A stretch of 64,000 bases of DNA, taken from NCBI GenBank assembly GCA_963703565.1, contig CAVPEW010000018.1:610-64609 (forward strand), given 5' to 3'. Below, in pieces: positions 43,666 to 53,930 of the stretch. The DNA is from an uncultured Microthrixaceae bacterium (lineage in GTDB: Bacteria; Actinomycetota; Acidimicrobiia; Acidimicrobiales; VFJN01). The notes beneath the pieces were generated by a model that saw only the letters and a program-made list of their open reading frames with translations, had not been told where the DNA came from and did not search any database. The position numbers were made by a program, and so were the translations under genes. How positions within the stretch are numbered: the stretch's first letter is position 1; every line of letters begins with the position of its first letter.

Positions 43666-44418
43666 ATGCGCTCTGGAGCGACTACAAGCGTGAGGCGACT
43701 CAGGAGCTTCCGCGACCGCCTGATCGTGCACTACGCGCCCCTGGTCAAGTTCGTCGCCGGCCGGGTGGCGGTGGGTCTGCCCCAGAGCGTGGACCAAGCC
43801 GACCTGGTCAGCTACGGGATCTTCGGCCTGATCGACGCCATCGAGAAGTTCGACCCAGCCCGCGGCTTCAAGTTCGAGACCTATGCGATCGCTCGAATCA
43901 AGGGCAACATCCTCGACGAGCTGCGCTCCATCGACTGGGTGCCCCGTTCGGTGCGTGCCAAGGCCCGTTCGATCGAGAAGGCCTACTCCAAGCTCGAAGG
44001 CCAGCTGCACCGCACGCCTTCCGAGCACGAGCTCGCCGCGGAGCTGGACCTGACCGACTCCCAGCTGCAGAGCGCGCTGTCGCAGATCTCCTTCGTGGGC
44101 ATCGTGGCGCTCGACGAGATGCTGTCCTCCGGCGATCGGGGTGACGGCATCACCCTGGGCGACACCATCGCCGACCAGGGTGCTGGCCCGGTCGACGCAT
44201 ACGAGGTCGAGGAGATGCGGAGCATCCTCGGCGACGCCATAGCCCGACTCCCCGAGCGCGAGAAGGTCGTGCTGACGCTCTACTACTACGAGGGCCTGAC
44301 CCTTGCCGAGATCGGCTCGGTCCTCGGAGTGACCGAGAGCCGCGTCTGCCAGATCCACACCAAGGCCGTGCTCCAACTGCGCTCTCGCATGGCGGCGTCC
44401 GAGCGCGAGCCCGCCTGA
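43666..44418 (+). CDS. whiG: WhiG/FliA-family (sigma-28 type) RNA polymerase sigma factor; the N-terminal ~24 aa appear to lie upstream in another frame
   Basis: [18 protein letters not shown] (region 2.1), [52 protein letters not shown] (region 4.2). Upstream, frame-0 GTG 43638 gives [24 protein letters not shown], the expected WhiG N-terminus. Confidence 0.85.
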   Translation: MRSGATTSVRRLRSFRDRLIVHYAPLVKFVAGRVAVGLPQSVDQADLVSYGIFGLIDAIEKFDPARGFKFETYAIARIKGNILDELRSIDWVPRSVRAKARSIEKAYSKLEGQLHRTPSEHELAAELDLTDSQLQSALSQISFVGIVALDEMLSSGDRGDGITLGDTIADQGAGPVDAYEVEEMRSILGDAIARLPEREKVVLTLYYYEGLTLAEIGSVLGVTESRVCQIHTKAVLQLRSRMAASEREPA

Positions 44419-44517
44419 CATCGACCTCGCCTTGACCTAGCGGCCCTGAGCCGCCGCCGTGCCGGGCCCTGCGCCCGATCTTCCCCCTCGTGACCGCGTC
44501 GCGTCCGGGGAGAGCCC

Positions 44518-46209
44518 GTGTCTGAACCAGCCCGAGCGCCGGTGGTGCTCACGGTCCTGATGTCCGTCGTGGTCGGCTCGGTCACCGCCGTGGTCCGGCC
44601 CGCCGGGGCGCAAGGCCCGCCAGGGCCTTACCGTCCCCCCGTCGAGGCCCAGGTGCTCGACGGGTTTCGACTCCCGGCGGGGCCCTACTCCGCCGGCAAC
44701 CGGGGCATCGAGTACGACACGGAGCCCGGCCAGCCGGTGCACGCAGCCGCCGGCGGGGAGGTCAGCTTCGTGGGGCCCGTGGCGGGGACCCTGCACGTCA
44801 CCGTGCTCCACCCCGACGGGGTGCGCACCTCGTACTCGTTCCTCGACGAGGTGGCCGTGCACCTCGGCGAGCGGGTGCAGGCCGGACAGGTGGTGGGGCG
44901 GGCGGGCGAGGTCCTCCACCTCGGCGCCCGGCGCGGCTCCGCGTACTTCGACCCGGCGTCGCTGTTCGAGACGTCGCGGCCGCGAGTGCGGCTGGTGCCA
45001 TTCGACGACCCGGTGGGCGAGGGCGGGAGCGGGGAGCGCTCTGCGCTCTCGCAGCTCATCGGCGGCGCGTCGCGCGTGGTGCGGGGCACCGGTCGGGTCC
45101 TGGCGGCGGGAGGCGCGGCAACCCTGGACCGTGCGGCCGGCGGTGTGCGTGAGGTGCTGCGCCCCGATGGTCCCGTTGCACATGTGCTCGTAAACGGCCT
45201 GCCCGGCTCGAGCGCGGTACGGGTGCTGCGCGCCATGGAGGTGGTCCACGGCGCCTGGGGTCGTTCCCATCGCGAGTGCACCTCGAGTTCGTCGTCGCCA
45301 CCGCCCGTGTGGCCCGGGACCCGGGTGGCGGTACTGGTGGGTGGGTTGGGTTCCAGCTCGCAGAGCGCCGCGATCGACGATCTCGGCACCGACCGGCTCG
45401 GCTACTCGTCGGGCGACGTTGCGCGCTTCTCCTACGCAGGGGGCAGGGTGCCCGAACGGTCCGGCTCTTCATCAGGCGGCACCGCCGGGAGTCTGAAGGA
45501 CATCACAGCCCGGCCCTATCGCGCAGCGGACACCCAGGGCGACCTGCGGGTAGCCGGTCGGCGACTGGCGGATCTGGTCGAAGAGGTGGCCCGCCGCCGG
45601 CCCGGGGTTCCGGTGGACGTGCTCGCCCACTCCCAGGGCGGGCTGGTGGCCCGCTTGGCCCTGGTCGAGCTCGAGCGGCGGCACGGCCTCGGCTGGCTCG
45701 ATCGCATCGGCGTGCTGGCCACCCTGGGAACTCCGCACCGGGGAGCGGACCTCGCCACCGCCCTGGCGGCCACCCGGTCGAACCGGCTCGGCCGCGTCGT
45801 CACCGATGTGGCCGGCGACGCCGCCCCGCTCGGGCTGGACCCGGGCTCCGAGGCGGTGAGCCAGCTGGCCGAGACGTCCCCTCTCATCGACCTGCTGGAC
45901 CGGCACCCCATTCCGCCCGGGGTCGACGCGATCTCGATCGGGGCCCGCGGTGACCTGGTGGTGCCCTCGCCGCGGGTCGATCTCGCTGGCGCGCCCGAGG
46001 TGCTGGTGGGCCTGGCCGGCCCCACGGCCCACGACCGGTTGCCGGGCTCGACCGAGGCCCGCCGGGAGGTGGCTCTTGCCCTGGCCGGCGAACCGCCGAG
46101 CTGCGAGAGCTTCGGTGAGGCCCTCCTCGACGGCGCCGCCGGTGAGGTCATCGGCGCCGCCGAAGACGCCCTGGGTTCGCTGGCGTGGGGGCTGACCAGT
46201 CGACCGTGA
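44518..46209 (+). CDS. Secreted fusion protein: degenerate LytM/M23 domain + alpha/beta-hydrolase (lipase/esterase-like, AHSQGG) domain
   Basis: 563 aa. Signal peptide (VVGSVTAVVRPAGAQG). M23-like core NRGIEYD...VTVLHPDG...YSFL...VLHLGAR. The C-terminal half has VLVGGLGSS... and VDVLAHSQGGLVARL (GxSxG elbow). Confidence 0.7.
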   Translation: MSEPARAPVVLTVLMSVVVGSVTAVVRPAGAQGPPGPYRPPVEAQVLDGFRLPAGPYSAGNRGIEYDTEPGQPVHAAAGGEVSFVGPVAGTLHVTVLHPDGVRTSYSFLDEVAVHLGERVQAGQVVGRAGEVLHLGARRGSAYFDPASLFETSRPRVRLVPFDDPVGEGGSGERSALSQLIGGASRVVRGTGRVLAAGGAATLDRAAGGVREVLRPDGPVAHVLVNGLPGSSAVRVLRAMEVVHGAWGRSHRECTSSSSSPPPVWPGTRVAVLVGGLGSSSQSAAIDDLGTDRLGYSSGDVARFSYAGGRVPERSGSSSGGTAGSLKDITARPYRAADTQGDLRVAGRRLADLVEEVARRRPGVPVDVLAHSQGGLVARLALVELERRHGLGWLDRIGVLATLGTPHRGADLATALAATRSNRLGRVVTDVAGDAAPLGLDPGSEAVSQLAETSPLIDLLDRHPIPPGVDAISIGARGDLVVPSPRVDLAGAPEVLVGLAGPTAHDRLPGSTEARREVALALAGEPPSCESFGEALLDGAAGEVIGAAEDALGSLAWGLTSRP

Positions 46210-46228
46210 AGGGCGCCGCGGGCTCCCC

Positions 46229-46259
46229 TTGGTCGGGTCCCGGTCCGAGCCGATAGCAT
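46229..46259 (+). promoter_or_regulatory. Candidate rpsB promoter: -35 TTGGTC, 19-nt spacer, -10 TAGCAT
   Basis: ccTTGGTCgggtcccggtccgagccgaTAGCATc, about 125 nt upstream of the rpsB start. Confidence 0.35.
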
Positions 46260-46382
46260 CGCCCGCCGGCCCGCCGATCGGTGGGCCGATCCGACCGCAC
46301 ACGACCTGGCCCGGACCCTCCCACGGTCGCCGCACGAGCGGCGCTGGGCCGAGCCCCACTCAACCGAGGGAAGGAGGCGGCC

Positions 46383-47336
46383 TTGGCCGTCGTCACCATG
46401 AAGCAGCTGCTCGAGGCGGGCGTCCACTTCGGGCACCAGACCCGGCGCTGGAACCCGAAGATGAAGCGCTTCATCTTCGGCGAGCGCAACGGCATCTACA
46501 TCATCGATCTGGAGCAGACGCTGGGTCGCATCGAGACGGCGTACGCGTTCGTCCGCGACCTGGTGGCCGACGGGGGCGAGATCCTCTTCATCGGCACCAA
46601 GAAGCAGGCACAGGACCCGATCCAGTCCTACGCCGAGAAGGTGGGCATGCCGTACATCAACCAGCGATGGCTGGGAGGCATGCTCACCAACTTCGAGACG
46701 ATCTCCAAGCGGGTCGCGAAGATGCAGGAGTACCGCCGGATGAGGGCGTCGGGCGAGTTCGATGCCATGCCCAAGAAGGAGGCCCTGCTCCTGACACGCG
46801 AGCTCGACAAGCTCGAGCGCAACCTGGGCGGCATCGCTCGGATGGACAAGCTCCCCGCGGCGGTGTTCGTGCTCGACACCAAGAAGGAGCACATCGCGGT
46901 AACCGAGGCCAACAAGTTGGGCCTGCCGGTCGTCGCCGTGGTCGACACCAACTGCGACCCCGACATCATCGAGTACGTGATCCCGGGCAACGACGATGCC
47001 ATCCGATCCGGCACCTTGATGTGCCGCATCGTCGCGGACGCGGTCGAAGAGGGGCGCTACATCGCCGCGCGTCGAAGCGACGCAGCCGTGCAGGTTCGCC
47101 GCAGCGAGGACGAGGAGGCCCGCGTCGCCGCCGAGCAGGCCGAGGCCCGGCGCCAGGCTCTGGCGGCCCAGCAGGCCCGCGAGCAACGCATCGCCGCCGG
47201 TCAGGGGCCCGCCGCATCCGTGCCGTCGCCGGCCGCCGTGTCGGAGGTCGCGGACATGTCGTCCGAGCCGGGGCCGACCGAGACAGGCGGCGCGCCGAAC
47301 GCCTCGGAGGCCGGCGCCGCCGAGCCCGGTGCCTGA
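46383..47336 (+). CDS. rpsB: 30S ribosomal protein S2 (with Ala/Glu-rich C-terminal extension)
   Basis: The TTG at 46383 gives [27 protein letters not shown], the usual actinobacterial N-terminus. AGGAGG lies 5 nt upstream; an alternative ATG is at 46398. Confidence 0.92.
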   Translation: MAVVTMKQLLEAGVHFGHQTRRWNPKMKRFIFGERNGIYIIDLEQTLGRIETAYAFVRDLVADGGEILFIGTKKQAQDPIQSYAEKVGMPYINQRWLGGMLTNFETISKRVAKMQEYRRMRASGEFDAMPKKEALLLTRELDKLERNLGGIARMDKLPAAVFVLDTKKEHIAVTEANKLGLPVVAVVDTNCDPDIIEYVIPGNDDAIRSGTLMCRIVADAVEEGRYIAARRSDAAVQVRRSEDEEARVAAEQAEARRQALAAQQAREQRIAAGQGPAASVPSPAAVSEVADMSSEPGPTETGGAPNASEAGAAEPGA

Positions 47337-47433
47337 GCCGCCAAGGACCAGTCGGCACCGGGCCCGGAGCCTGCGCCACCCTGGAGGCACGGCCTCCACC
47401 CGAGAACCCGAGAACGAGGAGCTGGAGCCACCG

Positions 47434-48956
<1,523 letters not shown>

Positions 48957-49032
48957 TGCGCCCGACTGCATCTCGCCCTGCCGAACCGTCGGCCGTCCGC
49001 GTGTCGGGCGTGCGCCAGAAGGGTCCCTATCC

Positions 49033-49606
49033 GTGAGTGCCGACGAACTGATCCAGGCGTTGCTCGACGACGCCTCCGAGAGGATGGCCAAGGCCGTCGA
49101 GCACGCCCGCGCCGAGTTCGCCGGCGTGCGCACCGGGCGCGCAGCGCCAGCGCTGGTCGAGAAGCTGCCGGTCGACTACTACGGCACTGAGGTCCCGCTG
49201 CAGCAGCTGGCCGGGTTCAGCGTGCCCGAGGCACGGGTGCTGGTGATCAACCCCTACGACAAGTCGGCGCTGGGTGCGATCGAGAAGGCGATCCGGAAGC
49301 TCGGACCTCGGCCTGAACCCGTCCAGCGACGGCCAGCTCCTACGTCTCGTGTTCCCGCCGCTGACCCAGGAGCGCCGCAAGGAGCTGGTCCGGGTGGTCA
49401 AGGCCATGGCCGAGGAAGGCCGGGTCGCCATCCGCAACCTGCGTCGAGCCACCAGGGCCGATCTCGACGAGCTGTCGCGCGACGGGGACGCCTCCGAGGA
49501 CGAGGTCGGTCGTGCCGCCAAGGAGGTCGACCGGGTCACCCACGCCCACGAGGCTGAGATCGATCGAGCGCTCGACCAGAAGGAACGCGAACTGCTCGAG
49601 GTTTGA
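49033..49606 (+). pseudogene. frr: Ribosome recycling factor; frame interrupted by one extra base near 49297-49300 (probably an assembly indel)
   Basis: ORF 49033..: ...VINPYDKSALGAIEKAIRK. It continues in ORF ..49606: SDLGLNPSSDGQLLRLVFPPLTQERRKELVRVVK...ELLEV. Removing one base of cggaagctcg restores AIRKSDLGLNP. Confidence 0.88.
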
Positions 49607-49642
49607 CCCGCCCGACGCGGGCGCCAACAGTGGAGGACAGCC

Positions 49643-51289
49643 ATGGCCGACGATCGCCCAGACCGCGAGGAGCGCCCCAGTGATCCGCCCGCCGAGGGGG
49701 TGCGGATCATCGGCGCCGAAGAGGCCGCCGAGGCTCTCGAGCGCGGCGACGTGGCCCAGCGCCGCGGCACCGACCAGCCCCGCTACGGGGACAGGCCGAC
49801 CACCCCTCCCGTCGACGGCCCACGACCGGTGCTGCGCTTCCCGCTGGCGTCGAGCGACGACGTGCACGACATCCAGCGGGCACCCGTGGCGCCCTCCGCA
49901 CCGCCCGAGGCCGCTGAGCTGCCGCACTGGACCGAACCGCCCAGCGGCCAGGTCCCCCGCATCGTGGGCGAGGCCGACGAGGCCTCCGACGATCTCGACG
50001 ACTGGACCGCTTTCACCAGCGGCGCGCCCCGTTGGCGAGACGACAGCACCGGCTACGACCTGGGCGAAGGAGGGTTCGAGTTCCTCTCGAGCCCGGGCTC
50101 GGGTGAGCCCGGCGGGGCGCTCGACGAGTCGGAGCGTCCGCACTACGACGAGTACCTGTCGTTCGCCGACCTCGACCAGCCCCGGCCCGGCCGGTCGGTC
50201 TTCGCCGAGGCGGACCAGGACCCCACCGTGGGCACTGCCTTCTCGGGCGGGCCCTCGGGTGCCGCTCCGGATCCGTCGTCGTCCTCGACCGGGGCCGGTG
50301 AGGATCCGTGGGACCTCCGGCTCCAGGAGTGGGCCGATTCCGGCGGGGCCGGCGCCGATGTCTCCTCCGGTGGTTCGAGAGGGACCGAGCCCGCCCGCCG
50401 TGGTTCGCGCCGGCCCGTCGCGCCGGAGCGCCGGCGCCGGGTGCCGGCGGGTGGCGCCGGAGGCGCGGGTGGCCCCGACCGGAACCTCGGCCAGGCGACG
50501 GCGGTCGGCGGGGCGCTCGCCGCGGTGGCGCTGGTCCTGTTCGCCATCGGTCCGACCGCCGCGATGCTGCTGGTCACCGTGGTGGTCGCCACCGCTGCGG
50601 CCGAGCTCTTCGGCGCCCTGCGCCACGGCGGATTCCACCCGCTGGCGCTGCCCGGGATCGCGGGCTCGGCCGGTGCGGTCATCGGCGCTTACAACTACGG
50701 CGCGCAGGCGCTGCCGACGGTGTTGTTCCTGACCACCGCGGTGTGCCTGCTCTGGTACCTGGTCGGCGCTGCGGTGGAGTCGCCCGTGCTCAACGTGGGC
50801 GTCACCCTCGCCGGTGTGCTCTGGGTGGGCATGTTCGGGTCGTTCGCGGCCCTGATGCTCGGTCTCGGCGACGACGGGGTCGGCCTCTTGCTGGCCGCCG
50901 TGGCGCCGACGATCGCATACGACGTCGGTGGCCTCGCCGCCGGTCGGCGCTTCGGGCGGTCCCCCCTGTCGGCCGCCAGCCCGAACAAGACCGTCGAGGG
51001 TCTCATCGGGGGCAGCGGGTCGGCTCTGGGGGTCGCAGCACTCGGCGCGGCGGCGTTCGGCTACGGACCGGTCGACTCCCTAGCCGAGGGCCTGCTGGTC
51101 GGTCTGGTCGTCGCCATAGCGGCTCCGGTGGGAGACCTGTGCGAGTCGCTGGTGAAGCGGGACATCGGGGTCAAGGACATGGGTGGCTCGCTGCCGGGCC
51201 ACGGCGGGCTGCTGGACCGCTTCGACGCACTGTTGTTCGTGCTGCCCTCGGTGTGGATGCTCGCGAGCGTGAAGGACTTCTTCGTCTGA
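49643..51289 (+). CDS. cdsA: Phosphatidate cytidylyltransferase CdsA with ~270-aa disordered N-terminal extension
   Basis: The C-terminal ~280 aa are polytopic with SLVKRDIGVKDMGGSLPGHGGLLDRFD. The N-terminus is acidic and Pro/Gly-rich. GGAGGA lies upstream of the ATG. Confidence 0.85.
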   Translation: MADDRPDREERPSDPPAEGVRIIGAEEAAEALERGDVAQRRGTDQPRYGDRPTTPPVDGPRPVLRFPLASSDDVHDIQRAPVAPSAPPEAAELPHWTEPPSGQVPRIVGEADEASDDLDDWTAFTSGAPRWRDDSTGYDLGEGGFEFLSSPGSGEPGGALDESERPHYDEYLSFADLDQPRPGRSVFAEADQDPTVGTAFSGGPSGAAPDPSSSSTGAGEDPWDLRLQEWADSGGAGADVSSGGSRGTEPARRGSRRPVAPERRRRVPAGGAGGAGGPDRNLGQATAVGGALAAVALVLFAIGPTAAMLLVTVVVATAAAELFGALRHGGFHPLALPGIAGSAGAVIGAYNYGAQALPTVLFLTTAVCLLWYLVGAAVESPVLNVGVTLAGVLWVGMFGSFAALMLGLGDDGVGLLLAAVAPTIAYDVGGLAAGRRFGRSPLSAASPNKTVEGLIGGSGSALGVAALGAAAFGYGPVDSLAEGLLVGLVVAIAAPVGDLCESLVKRDIGVKDMGGSLPGHGGLLDRFDALLFVLPSVWMLASVKDFFV

Positions 51290-51361
51290 GCGCTCCTCGG
51301 GTACTCGCTCCGCTGGCGCTGGCCAGGGGAGCGAGTCGGGGGCCATTCCACCCCTCGTCGT

Positions 51362-51367
51362 TAGGAT
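51362..51367 (+). promoter_or_regulatory. -10-like box TAGGAT, 7 nt upstream of ATG 51375 (candidate leaderless start of dxr)
   Basis: tTAGGAT-cgcagtg-ATG. Confidence 0.4.
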
Positions 51368-51374
51368 CGCAGTG

Positions 51375-52544
51375 ATGGGCACCAGCGTCGCCGTGCTCGG
51401 CTCGACCGGTTCCATCGGGACCCAGACCCTCGATGTGGTGGCCGCGCAGCAGGGCCGGTTCGACGTGGTCGCGCTAGGGGCCGGGTCGTCGGTCGAGCTG
51501 TTGGCGCGCCAGGCTCGGCGATGGCGCCCCGAGGTGGTGGCGATCGCCGACGAGGGCCGCGCCCATGCGCTTGCCGAACTGCTCCCGGTGGGTGTGGAGC
51601 TGCTGGCCGGGCCCGACGCCCTGGCCGATGCCGCCGCGACCGCCGAGGTGTGCGTGAACGGTGTGGTCGGCTTCGCCGGGCTGGGGGTGACGCTGTCTGC
51701 CCTGGCCGCCGGGCGTCGCCTGGCGCTGGCCAACAAGGAGTCCCTCGTGGCCGCAGGGCCGCTGGTGCGCGCGGTCCGCGGCACGCCGGGCGCCGAGCTC
51801 GTGCCCGTCGACAGCGAGCACGGCGCCATCCATCAGTGCCTCCGGGCCCAGACGCCGCCCGGCGCCGCGGGGGACCAGGTGGCGCGGCTGGTCCTGACGG
51901 CGTCGGGCGGTCCGTTCCGAGGCCGCAGCCGCGCCTCGCTGGCCTCGGTGACGCTGGACGAGGCGCTGGTGCATCCAACCTGGTCGATGGGCCCCAAGAT
52001 CACCGTCGACTCCTCGACGTTGATGAACAAGGGCCTCGAGGTCATAGAGGCTCACGAGCTGTTCGATGTCGACTACGACCGCATCGAGGTGGTGGTGCAC
52101 CCCGAGTCCGTCGTGCACTCGATGGTGGAGTTCACCGACGGGTCGACCGTGGCTCAACTGTCCCTTCCCGACATGCGCCTGCCCATCGGCTACGCGTTGG
52201 GCTACCCGCGGCGGCTGGACGCCGCCTACGGGCGCATCGACTGGGCCGAGCTGGGCAGCTTGCGCTTCGAGGCACCGGATCGGGAGGCGTTCGAGTGCCT
52301 CGGCCTCGCCTACGAGGCGGGTCGAATCGGGGGCACGGCCCCGGCGTGGCTCAACGCGGCCAACGAGGTGGCGGTCGAGGCCTTCCTACGGGGTGAGATC
52401 TCCTGGCTGGGCATCGCCGCTACCCTCCACGAGGCCCTCGCTCGCCACGACGCGGCTCCCGCCGACAGCGTGGGCGCGGTGATCGAGGCCGATCGACGGG
52501 CCAGGCATGCTGCCCGGGCCGTCCTGGAGGAACGAGCAGCATGA
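51375..52544 (+). CDS. dxr: 1-deoxy-D-xylulose 5-phosphate reductoisomerase
   Basis: MGTSVAVLGSTGSIGTQTLDV..., LANKESLV, NKGLEVIEA. The ORF track starts one codon earlier, at GTG 51372. Confidence 0.92.
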   Translation: MGTSVAVLGSTGSIGTQTLDVVAAQQGRFDVVALGAGSSVELLARQARRWRPEVVAIADEGRAHALAELLPVGVELLAGPDALADAAATAEVCVNGVVGFAGLGVTLSALAAGRRLALANKESLVAAGPLVRAVRGTPGAELVPVDSEHGAIHQCLRAQTPPGAAGDQVARLVLTASGGPFRGRSRASLASVTLDEALVHPTWSMGPKITVDSSTLMNKGLEVIEAHELFDVDYDRIEVVVHPESVVHSMVEFTDGSTVAQLSLPDMRLPIGYALGYPRRLDAAYGRIDWAELGSLRFEAPDREAFECLGLAYEAGRIGGTAPAWLNAANEVAVEAFLRGEISWLGIAATLHEALARHDAAPADSVGAVIEADRRARHAARAVLEERAA

Positions 52545-53929
52545 CCGATTTCGCCCAGCGAGGCGATCGACCCCCGCCTCCGCGTCCCCCGTCACGCTCG
52601 GCGGGGTCAGCTGAGCCGGGCTCTGGGTCGCCCCGCGGCGAGCTCGCCGGCGGCACGTGGCGACTCGTGGCCATGGCAGCGGTCACCGCTGTGCTGGGGG
52701 TGCTGCTCGGCCTGGGCGTCATCGTGGTGGTCCTCGCCATCGCCGTGATGATCACCCTTCACGAGCTGGGCCACTTCCTGACCGCCAAGTGGTCGGGCAT
52801 GAAGGTCACCGAGTTCTTCGTGGGCTTCGGCCCCCGGCTGTGGTCGACGAGGCGGGGCGAGACCGAGTACGGGCTCAAGCTCATCCCTGCCGGGGCCTAC
52901 GTGCGGATCATCGGCATGAACAACCTCGACGAGGTCGACCCCGCCGACGAACCGCGCACCTACCGCCAGCAGTCCTTCCCCAAGCGGCTCCTGGTGGCCT
53001 CGGCCGGATCGGGGATGCACTTCCTGCAGGCGCTCGTGCTGTTCTTCGTCGTGTTCGCGGTCCTCGGCGCGCCGGGCGGCACCCTGTTCGCGGAGCGCCT
53101 GGGGGGCCGGGGGCTCGACCTGTCCGACTGGAGCGTCGGCGGCGTTCAGCCCGGCTCCGCGGCCGACCGGGCCGGTTTGGACGACGGCGACCGCATCCGG
53201 GCCATCGACGGTCACCGGATCGAGGCCTTCACCGAGATCGGGCCGCTCATCGCCGATCGGGCCGGCGACACGGTGGCCCTCGTGGTCGAGCGAGACGGCC
53301 GCGAGCTGACCCTCGATGCGACCCTCGGGCACCGTCCCGACGACCGCGAGGCCGGCTACCTCGGCGTCGGCGCGGCCTTCGCCTCGCCGGCGGTGCGGGG
53401 CAACCCGGTCGAGTCCGCCGTGCTGGCCGGTCGTGAGACGATCGGGGGGATCGGGCTCACCATCGAGGGCCTGGGCCGCTTCTTCACCGGCGGTGTGGGC
53501 GACTTCGCCGACCAGGTCATCCACGCCAACGATGCCGGCTCACCGGCGGTCGAGGGCAGTTCGGGTGGGGGGAGCTCGGCGCCGTCCTCGGCGACGGTCG
53601 ACGACGGCTCAGACAACCGGGTCATCTCGATCTTCGGGGCAGGTCGGATCGGGGCCGACCTGTTCGAGACGGACCTGGCCGGTTTCCTGCTCTTCCTCGC
53701 CCTGCTCAACCTGTCGATCGGCGTGCTGAACCTCATACCGCTGCTGCCGCTCGACGGAGGGCATGTGGTGGTGGCGGTCTACGAGCGCGTCCGGTCGCGC
53801 CGGGGTGGGCACTACATGGCCGACGTGTCCAAGCTGATGCCGGTCGCGTACGCGACGGTGCTGATCCTGGTGCTGCTGGGGCTGTCTAGCCTCTACCTCG
53901 ACATCACCGACCCCGTGAAGCTGGGCTGA
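52541..53929 (+). CDS. RseP/Rip1-type M50 site-2 zinc metalloprotease with PDZ domain
   Basis: HELGHFLTAKW (HExxH), a PDZ-like middle (GSAADRAGLDDGDRIRAIDG) and NLIPLLPLDGGH. Confidence 0.88.
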   Translation: MTDFAQRGDRPPPPRPPSRSAGSAEPGSGSPRGELAGGTWRLVAMAAVTAVLGVLLGLGVIVVVLAIAVMITLHELGHFLTAKWSGMKVTEFFVGFGPRLWSTRRGETEYGLKLIPAGAYVRIIGMNNLDEVDPADEPRTYRQQSFPKRLLVASAGSGMHFLQALVLFFVVFAVLGAPGGTLFAERLGGRGLDLSDWSVGGVQPGSAADRAGLDDGDRIRAIDGHRIEAFTEIGPLIADRAGDTVALVVERDGRELTLDATLGHRPDDREAGYLGVGAAFASPAVRGNPVESAVLAGRETIGGIGLTIEGLGRFFTGGVGDFADQVIHANDAGSPAVEGSSGGGSSAPSSATVDDGSDNRVISIFGAGRIGADLFETDLAGFLLFLALLNLSIGVLNLIPLLPLDGGHVVVAVYERVRSRRGGHYMADVSKLMPVAYATVLILVLLGLSSLYLDITDPVKLG

Positions 53930-53930
53930 G

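Noticed and set aside
44419-44517. Possible cyclic-di-AMP (ydaO-type) riboswitch upstream of the M23-domain gene
   Set aside because: The spacer is only 99 nt. I could not find the paired conserved ACGGGGA/CCCG-type helices characteristic of the motif.
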